Positions 39,750 through 49,480 of a stretch of DNA of 64,000 bases are shown piece after piece. Positions within the stretch are counted from its first letter, which is position 1. Every line of letters begins with the position of its first letter. Made by a program: the position numbers and the translations under genes. The stretch lies in assembly GCA_001563335.1 (NCBI GenBank), contig LRSL01000069.1:96001-160000 (forward strand), written 5' to 3'. This DNA is from Candidatus Thorarchaeota archaeon SMTZ1-45 (lineage in GTDB: Archaea; Asgardarchaeota; Thorarchaeia; Thorarchaeales; Thorarchaeaceae). The notes beneath the pieces were generated by a model, which saw only the letters and a list, made by a program, of their open reading frames with translations, was not told the DNA's origin and made no database searches.

Positions 39750-41099
39750 GTGAGTCTTGATGATTCGGGCTACAGTGGTCTGGTTCTTGATAAGCTCTCT
39801 ACTTCCAATATCAAATTTGGAGATACGATTCTTGTTAAGATAAATGAAGAGGAGTATATCGGAGTACTCATGCCTCGAAGTCAAGTTGGCAGTGATCAAT
39901 TCCATCTTGTTCTCAAGCTTGAAAGCGGCTATAATATTGGCATAAAACTAAATCAAGATACTCAAGTACGCAAAATTAAGACTGGTAAGAAGAAACAAAC
40001 AGTTTCTACAGAAAAGAGACCTGTTACAAAGGACTTGCCCATAGCTTCAATCCTAAGTACAGGAGGCACAATTGCTAGCAAAGTGGACTATCAGACCGGT
40101 GCAGTTAACCCAGCATTGTCAGCACAAGACCTCTATGATACTGTGCCAGAACTTGGCAATTATGCTATAGTTCGTGCAAAAGTTATCATGAGTATACTCT
40201 CTGAGAATATCCGACCAAATGATTGGACCAAGATTGCTCGAAGTGTAGCTGCTGAAATCAAAGCTGGATCAGATGGGGTTGTGATTGCACACGGAACAGA
40301 CACACTTGGATTCACTGCAGCAGCACTGTCATTTGCACTTCAAGATCTTCCAGTTCCAGTTGTTTTAGTCGGGTCACAAAGATCCTCTGATCGTCCATCT
40401 TCAGATGCTGCTATGAATCTGATTGGTGCTATTAACTTGGCCACAAGAGCTGATGCTGCAGATGTCTTTGTGTTGATGCATGCAGAAACAAGTGATAGCT
40501 ATCTTCATGCTCATCTAGGAACACGGACTAGAAAACTCCACACAAGTCGTCGTGATGCCTTTCAGTCAGTCAATAGCTATCCCTTCTATCGTGTGAGCGG
40601 AGAAAATGTTCTGGAACTCTGTTCTCCTTTACGACGAAGAAACACTGAAAGAAAACTCAACCTGAAACCCAAATTCGAGGAAAAAGTAGCTCTTGTAAAG
40701 ACCAATCCAAGCATTGAAGCCTCACTAATCGATTTGTTTGTAGAAATAGGATACAAAGGAATATTGATTGAGGGTACTGGTTTAGGACATGCTCCAGACC
40801 GTCTTCAACCATCAATCAAGAAGGCAATTGATGCAGGAATCATTATCGCGATGTCAAGCCAGTGTCTATTCGGACGTATAAACATGAATGTCTATCGATC
40901 AGGAGTTGAACTTCTTGACATCGGAGTTATCCCCTGCGAAGACATGTTCCCAGAAACTGCACTGGTGAAGCTCATGTGGGTCTTGGCAAACAGCAAAGAC
41001 CAAGACTCTGCAAAACACCTCTTCTCGAAGCCTCTTGCAGGAGAGATTGACATGCGCAGTGAGGAATCTGAGTACGTCAAAAGTCTTGGAGGGCATTGA
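39750..41099 (+). CDS. gatD: Glutamyl-tRNA(Gln) amidotransferase subunit D
   Basis: STGGTIASKVDYQTG, HGTDT, GSQRSSDRPSSD, HTSRRDAF. Confidence 0.97.
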   Translation: MSLDDSGYSGLVLDKLSTSNIKFGDTILVKINEEEYIGVLMPRSQVGSDQFHLVLKLESGYNIGIKLNQDTQVRKIKTGKKKQTVSTEKRPVTKDLPIASILSTGGTIASKVDYQTGAVNPALSAQDLYDTVPELGNYAIVRAKVIMSILSENIRPNDWTKIARSVAAEIKAGSDGVVIAHGTDTLGFTAAALSFALQDLPVPVVLVGSQRSSDRPSSDAAMNLIGAINLATRADAADVFVLMHAETSDSYLHAHLGTRTRKLHTSRRDAFQSVNSYPFYRVSGENVLELCSPLRRRNTERKLNLKPKFEEKVALVKTNPSIEASLIDLFVEIGYKGILIEGTGLGHAPDRLQPSIKKAIDAGIIIAMSSQCLFGRINMNVYRSGVELLDIGVIPCEDMFPETALVKLMWVLANSKDQDSAKHLFSKPLAGEIDMRSEESEYVKSLGGH

Positions 41100-41100
41100 G

Positions 41101-43017
41101 TTGTCTGAAGAGAACAAGTTTAGAAAACTGGGACTAATGGTGGGTCTCGAACTTCATCAACAATTGAACACCCAACGCAAGCTGTTTTGTCATTGCCCCA
41201 CAATAGTCCGTGATGAGGAGCCAGATGGGAAATTTATACGAAGATTACGCCCGACCCAAAGTGAGATGGGCGAGATTGATCCCGCTGCGCTCTTCGAATT
41301 TCAAAGACAAAAACGATTTTGTTACGAGTATTACAATGATACCACTTGTCTAGTAGAAACTGATGAAGAGCCTCCTCATGATCTCTGTGAAGAGGCTGTC
41401 GATATTTGTTTGACAATAGCTGAATTTCTAAAGTCGAAACCTGTGGATGAAATACATCCCATGAGAAAGATCGTAATAGACGGGTCCAATACAACTGGTT
41501 TTCAACGTACAACAATCATTGCAAACGGAGGACAAGTTATTGTTGGGGAGAAAACAATTGGAATTCAGACAATCTGTCTTGAAGAGGACGCAGCAAGAAA
41601 GATAGCTGATGATGAAGATAACAACATGAGAGTATACAGGCTTGATCGTCTTGGTATTCCACTAATTGAGGTCGCCACTGATCCTGACATTCAAACTCCC
41701 GAAGAAGCACAAGAGGTCGCTCTTGCATTGGGTCTTCTCCTAAGGTCCACAGGGAATGTCAAACGAGGACTCGGTACAATTCGTCAAGATGTTAACGTAT
41801 CAATCAAAGATGGAGCTATCATAGAAATCAAGGGATTTCAACAGATTGACATGCTCGCAAAACTTGTTGAGTTTGAAGCTCAAAGACAAGAGAAACTGAT
41901 TGAAATTAGGGATATTTTGAAGACTCGGGGTGTTTCTGTAAATGATATCAAACCAAAATTAGTCGACATAACCACAGTTTTCGAAAAAAGTGAATCAAAA
42001 GTCATCAAAAACGCCCGAAAGTCAGGTGGTGCTGTATACGCTGTAAAACTGCCTGGTTTTGCCAACATCATTGGGATTGAAATTCAACCAAATCGACGAC
42101 TCGGAACTGAACTATCTGACTATGCCAAGTTCTGGGGTGGAGTTGGAGGGATATTCCATACAGATGAACTTCCCAAGTATGGAATCACTGAATCAGATGT
42201 TTCAAAACTACGAAAAACAGTCAATGCCAGCGAAAAAGATGCGGTTGTACTTGTTGCATCATCTAAAGAACAATGCAATGATGCTCTAGAAGCAGTGGTC
42301 AAAAGAGCTAAAGAGGCAGTCATAGGAGTTCCAGCGGAAACAAGAACTCCACTCCCTGATGCCACATCAAAATATGCAAGACCCCGGCCTGGATCATCTC
42401 GCATGTATCCTGAAACAGACGTAAGACCAGTAAAAATCACTGAATCCCGCTTGAGAAAAGTCCGGAGGGACATGCCTGAAACTATTGAGAATCGCGAGAA
42501 ACGATTCATCAAAGAATATGAATTAAGCCCAGATCTTGCACACCAAATTACCCGTTCTCAAAATCTTGATCTCTTTGAACAGATAATAAAAGAAACTGAA
42601 GTTTCTCCAACATTGATTGCAGCGACCTTAGAAAATACAGTAATTAGTCTTCATAGAGACCAAGTTCCTACCGAGAATCTTGATGACACCCACTTTCTTG
42701 AGATGTTCAAATCAATCTCAAAGAAAGCGATATCATCCGAGGCTATTCCCTTGATACTTACATTCTTTGCTAATCACCCAAGATTGAGCATTGAGATGGC
42801 AATAGAATCAACTGGCTTAGGTATGGCGACTAGTAATGAAGTTGAAGATATTGTTAAGAAAATAGTAGCTGAGCGAAAAGATTTCATTCGAGAGCAAGGA
42901 GAACGATCAATAGGTGGACTCATGGGCATAGCTATGCAAGAACTGCGTGGCAAGGCTGACGGTAAGAAGGTCAAAGAGTTGCTTACAATAGAAATTCAAA
43001 AACTACTCAAATTATAG
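41101..43017 (+). CDS. gatE: Glutamyl-tRNA(Gln) amidotransferase subunit E
   Basis: GLELHQQL, DEEPPH, DGSNTTGFQRT, LDRLGIPLIE, RMYPETD. Confidence 0.97.
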   Translation: MSEENKFRKLGLMVGLELHQQLNTQRKLFCHCPTIVRDEEPDGKFIRRLRPTQSEMGEIDPAALFEFQRQKRFCYEYYNDTTCLVETDEEPPHDLCEEAVDICLTIAEFLKSKPVDEIHPMRKIVIDGSNTTGFQRTTIIANGGQVIVGEKTIGIQTICLEEDAARKIADDEDNNMRVYRLDRLGIPLIEVATDPDIQTPEEAQEVALALGLLLRSTGNVKRGLGTIRQDVNVSIKDGAIIEIKGFQQIDMLAKLVEFEAQRQEKLIEIRDILKTRGVSVNDIKPKLVDITTVFEKSESKVIKNARKSGGAVYAVKLPGFANIIGIEIQPNRRLGTELSDYAKFWGGVGGIFHTDELPKYGITESDVSKLRKTVNASEKDAVVLVASSKEQCNDALEAVVKRAKEAVIGVPAETRTPLPDATSKYARPRPGSSRMYPETDVRPVKITESRLRKVRRDMPETIENREKRFIKEYELSPDLAHQITRSQNLDLFEQIIKETEVSPTLIAATLENTVISLHRDQVPTENLDDTHFLEMFKSISKKAISSEAIPLILTFFANHPRLSIEMAIESTGLGMATSNEVEDIVKKIVAERKDFIREQGERSIGGLMGIAMQELRGKADGKKVKELLTIEIQKLLKL

Positions 43018-43121
43018 ATATTCAGTGAAAGCAGCTTGCATATTTCAGGAAACTCAAGGATAAGGTTAATTAGAGGAATCCAGAGTGCTCCTTTACCAGA
43101 CTTCGTTACTAGTGCAAAAGT

Positions 43122-43286
43122 GCCGCAGTGGCCTAGCCTGGTTAGGGCGCGAGACTCATAATCTTCTTGGGTTTACCAAGATATGATCGGGGTCATTGAG
43201 ACCGCGCCTGATGAGGCATCTCGAAGTCGTGGGCTCGAAACTCTGTCACACTTCGTGATAGAGAGATCATCCCACCTGCGGCACCA
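43122..43286 (+). tRNA. tRNA-Met(CAT) with 37/38 intron (43161..43217, containing a nested intron) and T-loop intron (~43239..43268)
   Basis: GCCGCAG/CTGCGGC-A-CCA; CGAGA-CT-CAT-A|...|A-TCTCG; T-stem GTGGG/CCCAC interrupted by a hairpin. Confidence 0.9.
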
Positions 43287-43313
43287 GCTCATTGTTAGTT
43301 GCTCAATATATTA

Positions 43314-44099
43314 CTATAAAGTCCATGCTAATTCTACAATTGTGAAGCTATAAAGAATCATAGATATTGTGACCCAATATAGTACAAACCACACGATATA
43401 CCTGAGTGGTTTTCCTTTCGATAGTATTCTATATTTGTCCATAAAATTGAAAATGGACACTCTTGGTAGAAGAAATGGAGTTCGTTTACAATAGTCGATG
43501 TATTCAACTCCAAACTTATTCGTAAGCCCAATCTCTTCAAAATCAGCAACGACAATAAGTATGAATGATACAAGTGACCATGAAAGAATATCTCCGGGTC
43601 TTACTCCACTCCATTGTGCTGAATAACTAATATTGAACAGAGCAAGGGGAAGAAGAAACATGATGATACCAAGATGCTGTGGATGTCTCACCCAACGATA
43701 AGGACCCGAAGTAATGAATTGAACACCATTTGAAATTCTTCGAGTCATCTCAACAAAGGAACGAATCAAAAGTGCTAGTCCCAGAAAAAAGACTATTCCT
43801 TGAACAGTGTATATTATTACTGCAACCAATGGGTCAATATCCGGTATCCAAATACCTCCCCATTCTGAATAGTAGGGAAAGATGAATCCTATGAAAAACC
43901 AAGCAGTATACCATGCTGGTAATAACCATAACATGGGTGTTAGAATCCCAGCAACTACAGGAAGATATGTGAACACAGAAGCAATAGCAACTAATAGACG
44001 ACCAATCAGTCTGTTCCTTTGACTGCTTGTCAACGCACTTCCAACCTCCAGAATCATTACTTTTCTACTGCAGAATAAATGTAGCTGGAAGTACCTCAT
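43314..44099 (-). CDS. Isoprenylcysteine carboxyl methyltransferase/PEMT-family membrane protein
   Basis: ITSGPYRWVRHPQHLG, EEIGLTNKFGVEYIDYCKRTP; start uncertain. Confidence 0.8.
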   Translation of the reverse strand: MRYFQLHLFCSRKVMILEVGSALTSSQRNRLIGRLLVAIASVFTYLPVVAGILTPMLWLLPAWYTAWFFIGFIFPYYSEWGGIWIPDIDPLVAVIIYTVQGIVFFLGLALLIRSFVEMTRRISNGVQFITSGPYRWVRHPQHLGIIMFLLPLALFNISYSAQWSGVRPGDILSWSLVSFILIVVADFEEIGLTNKFGVEYIDYCKRTPFLLPRVSIFNFMDKYRILSKGKPLRYIVWFVLYWVTISMILYSFTIVELAWTL

Positions 44100-44151
44100 C
44101 TGTTGTTTCTCTCATGACGGGGTTATTAGGAATTAATCTACACTTAACATT

Positions 44152-44364
44152 ATGAAGAAAGAAAAGTGGAAATTGGTAGGCGGACGTGTCTATAGACTTG
44201 TGGAAGTCTTTGACAACATACTTGATGCAACATTACAAGCTAGAGAGTTGAAAGAGAATAATCACGTGTTTCTCTCAAAGCTAGAAAAAAATCAATGGGC
44301 TGTTTATCATAGACCTAAGGATCTTAATATTGAATGCACTCCCAAACACTTCAATATAGTATAG
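44152..44364 (+). CDS. Small hypothetical protein (paralog of 48352..48555)
   Basis: WKLVGGRVYRL...WAVYHRPK versus WQLVDGQIYHL...WALYWRPK. Confidence 0.7.
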   Translation: MKKEKWKLVGGRVYRLVEVFDNILDATLQARELKENNHVFLSKLEKNQWAVYHRPKDLNIECTPKHFNIV

Positions 44365-44415
44365 ACTACTTTCATTTCCATTGGGACTTAATAGATTCTA
44401 AAAGAACATAGAACC

Positions 44416-44727
44416 ATGACAATCGACCCAATGGTAACGGAAAATGGCATTGAGAATAGAAGAATCAGGATTGAATCATTGGGTAGAATTATCAAACAGC
44501 TTCAACGCCCACACTTTGAAAAACTCATACGAGAATCTATCATTTCAGGAATCATTGATATCACAGACTGGACAATTGAGGCTGTGAGAGCATTGCTAAA
44601 GGTCTGTGCAGAAAAGAACCTCAAAATCACTCTGAAAGATGGCACAAGATACATCATGCTGGTCAAATATCCAAAAGACCAAATGCTAGAATCACTTGCA
44701 AATGCTATCAAGTCTGGCGAGTGGTAA
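44416..44727 (+). CDS. Hypothetical protein
   Basis: 103-aa ORF co-oriented with neighbours. Confidence 0.6.
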   Translation: MTIDPMVTENGIENRRIRIESLGRIIKQLQRPHFEKLIRESIISGIIDITDWTIEAVRALLKVCAEKNLKITLKDGTRYIMLVKYPKDQMLESLANAIKSGEW

Positions 44728-44793
44728 ACCCACCTCAAAACCCTTGAAAATCTCTTTATTGCCGCATAGCTTGAAACAAAGCAGGTGATAACA

Positions 44794-46005
44794 ATGAAAT
44801 TCGCTTTCAAAACACTTGACGATATTGACTATGTCGGAAAACGAGTGCTAATTCGTGTTGACATGAATTGCTCTGTAGATCCTGAAACTAAGCAAATTAC
44901 TGATATATCACGGATTGAAGCTATCCGAGAAACATTAGAAGAACTCTCTAAAAGTAAGGTTGTTCTTATGGCTCATCAAGGAAGCCCTGGTAGTGATGAT
45001 TTCATATCACTGGAACAACATACTGAAATTTTGAAGAGTTTCGGATTAAAAGCGAGCTTCATTGATGATATTTTTGGAGAAAAGGCAAAGAAAGCCATAC
45101 CACAGGTCAAAGAGGGCGAGATTCTGGTTCTCCAAAACGTTCGTTACTTCGAAGGTGAATTGAAGAAAGCACCACCTCCGGAAGTCGCTAAAGAGAAGAT
45201 TGTACAGGAACTTTACCCACTCTTTGATATCTTTGTGAACGATGCTTTTGGGGCTTCACATCGTTCTCAAGCATCTATCGTTGGTTTCACCACTGTTTTG
45301 CCATCAGTTGCTGGAAGACTTGTAGAGAAAGAGATTCGTACACTCACTGCTGCAACAGCTACTGATCAACATCCATGGACTCTAGTATTAGGGGGAAGTA
45401 AAGTAGAAGATAAAGTTGACATACTTAATAGGCTCCTATCGACCGATAGAGTTGATAACGCGCTTCTAGGTGGACTCATCGGAACGCTATTTCTTATAGC
45501 TGATGAAAAAATTCCAGAAAGCTACTCGAAACCAATCAAGGGCTTCGAAACAGCAGTAGAAACAGCACGAAGTCTTCTGAGAAACTATCCTGATTTAATT
45601 ACACTTCCTGAAGATGCTGCAGTAGAGAGAGATGATCACAGATTCAATTGCAACTTGAATCAAATAGAAAATCACCCATTCCTTGATATTGGCCCCAAAA
45701 CAACCAAAAGGTATGTACAAATCGTTAAAGACTCTGCAGTAGTTTTTGCCAATGGCCCAATGGGATACTTTGAGAAAGAGGCTTTTGCACAAGGTACAAC
45801 TGAAATTCTTAATGCAATTGCAGAATGCAAAGGGGTAACTGTTGTGGGTGGAGGTCATATGGGTGCTATGGCAAGGAAAATGAGTCTTGAAAATCGTATT
45901 ACACATATCAGCACAGGTGGTGGAGCAACCATCAACTTCCTAACTGGTAAAAAACTGGACCTTATAGCCGCACTAGAAGCTTCAGCTAAGAGAATGGATG
46001 GATAG
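44794..46005 (+). CDS. pgk: Phosphoglycerate kinase
   Basis: RVLIRVDMN, FVNDAFGASHR, LGGSKV, NGPMG, HISTGGGA. Confidence 0.97.
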   Translation: MKFAFKTLDDIDYVGKRVLIRVDMNCSVDPETKQITDISRIEAIRETLEELSKSKVVLMAHQGSPGSDDFISLEQHTEILKSFGLKASFIDDIFGEKAKKAIPQVKEGEILVLQNVRYFEGELKKAPPPEVAKEKIVQELYPLFDIFVNDAFGASHRSQASIVGFTTVLPSVAGRLVEKEIRTLTAATATDQHPWTLVLGGSKVEDKVDILNRLLSTDRVDNALLGGLIGTLFLIADEKIPESYSKPIKGFETAVETARSLLRNYPDLITLPEDAAVERDDHRFNCNLNQIENHPFLDIGPKTTKRYVQIVKDSAVVFANGPMGYFEKEAFAQGTTEILNAIAECKGVTVVGGGHMGAMARKMSLENRITHISTGGGATINFLTGKKLDLIAALEASAKRMDG

Positions 46006-46038
46006 ACCCATACAAATCAATCAAGACATTATCATTTA

Positions 46039-46347
46039 GCTAAGTCAAGAACTAAGACTGTGGATATTGTTATTCTATCTGGTCTTCATTAATGTCTTAG
46101 CTGTCTTGACTATGTAGTGAGATAAAAGAAGAGCAAGGAAAGATGAGCGGCGAGTCAGCGAAGCTACTCTGCTCTTCATGAGTTTCATCGGTGGTGGGAT
46201 TAGCATATTCATAGGGATGTTTGGTTTCCGCGCTTCAAGACCAGAAAGAGGTTGTTCCAAGCTATTACCATACTCGGATTGATTACATCATTCATAATAT
46301 ACTGGTTCCAATGGAGAGCAATTATGTGGCTTCTCTACTTCATGTAA
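46039..46347 (+). pseudogene. DUF1294-family membrane protein pseudogene
   Basis: Reads INVLAVLTM**DKRRARKDERRVSEATLLFMSFIGGG...GMFGFR, then a frameshift to KTRK; two in-frame stops at 46115-46120. Confidence 0.7.
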
Positions 46348-46371
46348 TATATCACTCAAAATACGTATAGA

Positions 46372-46447
46372 TGGAGCCCCAGGCGAGATTTGAACTCGCG
46401 ACCTGCTGATTACAAGTCAGCCGCTATAGCCTCTAAGCCACTGGGGC
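46372..46447 (-). tRNA. tRNA-Thr(TGT)
   Basis: GCCCCAG/CTGGGGC-T-CCA; GCTGA-CT-TGT-AA-TCAGC; no intron. Confidence 0.95.
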
Positions 46448-46498
46448 ACAACCTGCAGGTCAATCTGAACATATTATAGAGTTTTCGTAGCAGCACAT

Positions 46499-47041
46499 CT
46501 ACTTGTCATGATACACATTGTCTATGATAATGGCGTAAGCGAGCAACATCATTCTAGGTGCCATAGGGTCGACAATGTGAATCACATATCTGTCTTTGAA
46601 GTTGAAAGCTGGAGCAAAGATATCTCTCCACTTGTCACCTTTCCTAATCTCAGCGTACACTCTGTTTTTATCTTGAGCATCTGTAATTGTGAAGTTCCAC
46701 TTCATTACTCCGCCCTGCGCTTTGTATATCATTCTGTCTTCAGAATCATACATATCAACAGAACCTCTGAAAGCAATCATAGGTCGTTTCCCTCGACCAA
46801 TTAATTCTCCAGTAGGAGCCTTGACGTCATAAATTGGGCGAGCACTTACTAGTTTCTTATTGATAATACAGACAACAGAATCATCAGGGTTTCTTAGTTC
46901 GATCTCGGCACGCATCGAGATGAGTTTCCTCTTCATCGATCCGACCTTTTCACCTTGTGGGTTGTAGATATCACCACCGCCAAACTTCCAAGCTTTCTCG
47001 TGAAGTACATAATACTCAATTGATGGATCAAAAAGTTCCAT
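46499..47041 (-). CDS. LURP-one/scramblase (Tubby C-terminal-like) family protein
   Basis: Repeated beta hairpins (DIYNPQGEKVG, WNFTITD, DRYVIHI) and a C-terminal hydrophobic helix LLAYAIIID. Confidence 0.75.
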   Translation of the reverse strand: MELFDPSIEYYVLHEKAWKFGGGDIYNPQGEKVGSMKRKLISMRAEIELRNPDDSVVCIINKKLVSARPIYDVKAPTGELIGRGKRPMIAFRGSVDMYDSEDRMIYKAQGGVMKWNFTITDAQDKNRVYAEIRKGDKWRDIFAPAFNFKDRYVIHIVDPMAPRMMLLAYAIIIDNVYHDK

Positions 47042-47301
47042 ATTTCACCACCTTAGAATAGGTACCTTTACACTACAAACCCAATTAAGAAAAACTGGGT
47101 TGCATATCAACCATATAATTCATGTTAGTCAAAGACATGTTTATGAGCCCCCGTGCCTTGGTAACTGGTAAGGACCGTATCTTTTAGACATGAATCCTTA
47201 TCACATGGGTGTCTTACAAACCCTAATCCTTACGAGAAAAGTAAAATAGCAAACAGGATTGCCTAGGAAAGCAAAGGACGAAATACCAGTAGGTGAAATA
47301 A

Positions 47302-48249
47302 TTGCAAACTCCCTATTCAGAATTCGCACAATCGATAGTTAATCTATTCATACCAATATCAGACTTCTTCCAATCCATTGGCATACCATTTGGCCCGATG
47401 GCGTGGATGTTTATCATAACTGTAACACCATTATTTCTAATAATAGTCCTACTGGCGGTCCGAGGACGACGTGGTTCTGGAAGTCCTGGTGTAGATGAAG
47501 CAATTAGGAAAGTCATTGCTTCAACTGGTGACGTTTCAGGTGGTCTCTCAGGTGCAAAGAAACTCAAGTTCCTAAAGACACCTGCACAAGCATTAGTATT
47601 TTTGAAAATTGAAGAAAATGCTATCCAACAAGCCTTGTCTGCTGTCGATTACTATAACCAACAGGGCGATATTGACGAAGCCATAAAGGATAAGCTCACT
47701 ACAGTTTACCAAGATCGTCTCACATCTGTAAAAGACGCTCTTGCAAAAGATGAGCAACTCAAGGAAATTGTAGACACATCCTCTGCAGTTGACAGAGCAC
47801 GTTCTGATTATCTGGCCAAGCTAGCTGCAATGTCTGGAACTGCTGTTGAAGATGACACAGTTGAAGCTGGTCCCTCAAGTGTCGGAATGCCTACTACCCC
47901 AAGTACTGGTCCCCCAAGTGACGCAGTTCCAAGTGGCGGTCCCCCGGGTGGTGGTCCTCCAGGTGGCGGTCCTCCAAGCGGTGGCCCGCCAAGTGGCGGT
48001 CCCCCGGGTGGTGGTCCTCCAAGCGCTGGACCTCCAGGAGACTCTCCAACCGAAGCAGCTCCAAGTGCAGGTCCCCCAAGTGGCGTGACGCCAAGTGCAG
48101 GTCCTCCAAGTGGTGTAGCTCCAAGTGCAGGTCCTCCAGGAGGTGCGGTAATTGATGATACTCCTAAACCTGCAAGCGGAAAAAGCTCTCTTCAGTCAGA
48201 AATGCTAGCAGAAATGGAGCGTCTGAAAGCACTCATGGGCGGCGATTAA
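47302..48249 (+). CDS. Single-TM protein with helical domain, Gly/Pro-rich repeat linker and C-terminal amphipathic helix
   Basis: TM followed by RGRRG; (GGPPS/G)n and (PSAGPPSGV)n repeats; SSLQSEMLAEMERLK tail; AGGTGA SD. Confidence 0.8.
   Translation: MQTPYSEFAQSIVNLFIPISDFFQSIGIPFGPMAWMFIITVTPLFLIIVLLAVRGRRGSGSPGVDEAIRKVIASTGDVSGGLSGAKKLKFLKTPAQALVFLKIEENAIQQALSAVDYYNQQGDIDEAIKDKLTTVYQDRLTSVKDALAKDEQLKEIVDTSSAVDRARSDYLAKLAAMSGTAVEDDTVEAGPSSVGMPTTPSTGPPSDAVPSGGPPGGGPPGGGPPSGGPPSGGPPGGGPPSAGPPGDSPTEAAPSAGPPSGVTPSAGPPSGVAPSAGPPGGAVIDDTPKPASGKSSLQSEMLAEMERLKALMGGD
47905..48142 (+). repeat. Coding tandem repeats (15-nt GGPP(S/G) units and 30-nt PSAGPPSGV(T/A) units)
   Basis: Repeated ggtggtcctcca / ggcggtcccccg and ccaagtgcaggtcc units. 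Confidence 0.85.
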
Positions 48250-48351
48250 ACAGCAAAATCATATCAAATGCCAGTATTTTGCACTCGTAAGTGAAATTAT
48301 CGATAAATTTTGCTATTCTACCATTATTAGGACACATAGCAACATTAGCAT

Positions 48352-48555
48352 ATGATTAAACCCCCAAGATGGCAATTGGTAGATGGTCAAATATACCATC
48401 TAGCGGATATACTTCATAGCAAAAAGAATGCAGAAATCCTTGCAAAATCTCTTGAGGATAACTGTTTTGTTACCATCATATCCACAGAAGATGGTAGATG
48501 GGCTTTGTATTGGCGACCCAAGACTGGAACACTCTGTCCATATGGTGTTGTCTGA
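48352..48555 (+). CDS. Small hypothetical protein (paralog of 44152..44364)
   Basis: Shared W-x-LV-x-G-x-x-Y and WA-x-Y-x-RPK motifs. Confidence 0.7.
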   Translation: MIKPPRWQLVDGQIYHLADILHSKKNAEILAKSLEDNCFVTIISTEDGRWALYWRPKTGTLCPYGVV

Positions 48556-48624
48556 CTTCATCTCTCGGAAGGCTTTTGGGAAGCTTAGTGTACAAGTCAG
48601 TCACTGTGTAGCGGAGACCGTATC

Positions 48625-49308
48625 ATGTCACGAATGAAGCTGAATGCTGCAAAAAGTGCTCTAAAGAATATTCCCAAAACTGGTCCAATTGGTCTTGGTA
48701 GTGGATCCACAGTAGCTATTTTTGCCAAAGAACTTGGACAACTAGTCTCGGATGGTAAGAATGATATCTCTGTAGTTCCTAGCTCATATCAAGCATACCA
48801 GCTTGCAATAGAACATGGTATTCCTCTAACTAATCTCGATATCAATCCAGAATTAATCATAACAGTTGACGGTGCTGACGAAGTTGACAAAAATCTTAAT
48901 CTTACCAAAGGTGGTGGAGGTGCTCTTTTCCAAGAGAAAGTAGTGGCTTCAGCCTCCAAGAGATTGATTATAATCGTAGATGAATCAAAACTTGTGGATA
49001 AACTAGCCTCTAGATTCTTGATTCCGATTGAAGTATTCCCATTTTCTTTAAGTGTAGTTCAAAGAAAAATTAGAACCATGGGAATTGAACCATTTGTACG
49101 ACAGGCTGAGAAAAAGATAGGTCCAGTTGTGACTGATAATGGTAACTTTATCATTGATCTCAAGTTCTCCAAACCAATCGATGACCCTAGAAAAGTTGCA
49201 ACTGACCTAAAAATGATCCCGGGTGTTGTAGAAACTGGATTGTTTATAGACATGACAGATGAGGTTCATGTTGGTCTGAAAGACGGTGTCAGAGTTCTCA
49301 AGAAATAA
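48625..49308 (+). CDS. rpiA: Ribose-5-phosphate isomerase A
   Basis: GLGSGST, DGADEVD, KGGGGALFQEK, TDNGNFIID, GVVETGLF. Confidence 0.97.
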   Translation: MSRMKLNAAKSALKNIPKTGPIGLGSGSTVAIFAKELGQLVSDGKNDISVVPSSYQAYQLAIEHGIPLTNLDINPELIITVDGADEVDKNLNLTKGGGGALFQEKVVASASKRLIIIVDESKLVDKLASRFLIPIEVFPFSLSVVQRKIRTMGIEPFVRQAEKKIGPVVTDNGNFIIDLKFSKPIDDPRKVATDLKMIPGVVETGLFIDMTDEVHVGLKDGVRVLKK

Positions 49309-49318
49309 TAAAGAAAGA

Positions 49319-49426
49319 TGGCGGGCCCGCCCGGATTTGAACCGGGGATTACTAACTTAGGAGGCTAGTGCCCTATATACCTCCAATGGGATGAAATCCT
49401 ATAGGTCCAGGCTAGGCCACGGGCCC
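49319..49426 (-). tRNA. tRNA-Arg(CCT) with ~28-30-nt D-loop intron
   Basis: GGGCCCG/CGGGCCC-G-CCA; CTAGC-CT-CCT-AA-GTTAG; insertion between TGGA and TAGGGC, exact splice sites uncertain. Confidence 0.88.
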
Positions 49427-49480
49427 TTGAACTTGAGCGTGTAGGAAGTCTGTTGTTAAAGCTTTTGCAGTGTTAATATG

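Noticed and set aside
46115-46120. Pyrrolysine/selenocysteine recoding of tandem TAG TGA
   Set aside because: The same gene also has a frameshift and no SECIS-like element was seen; pseudogenisation is simpler
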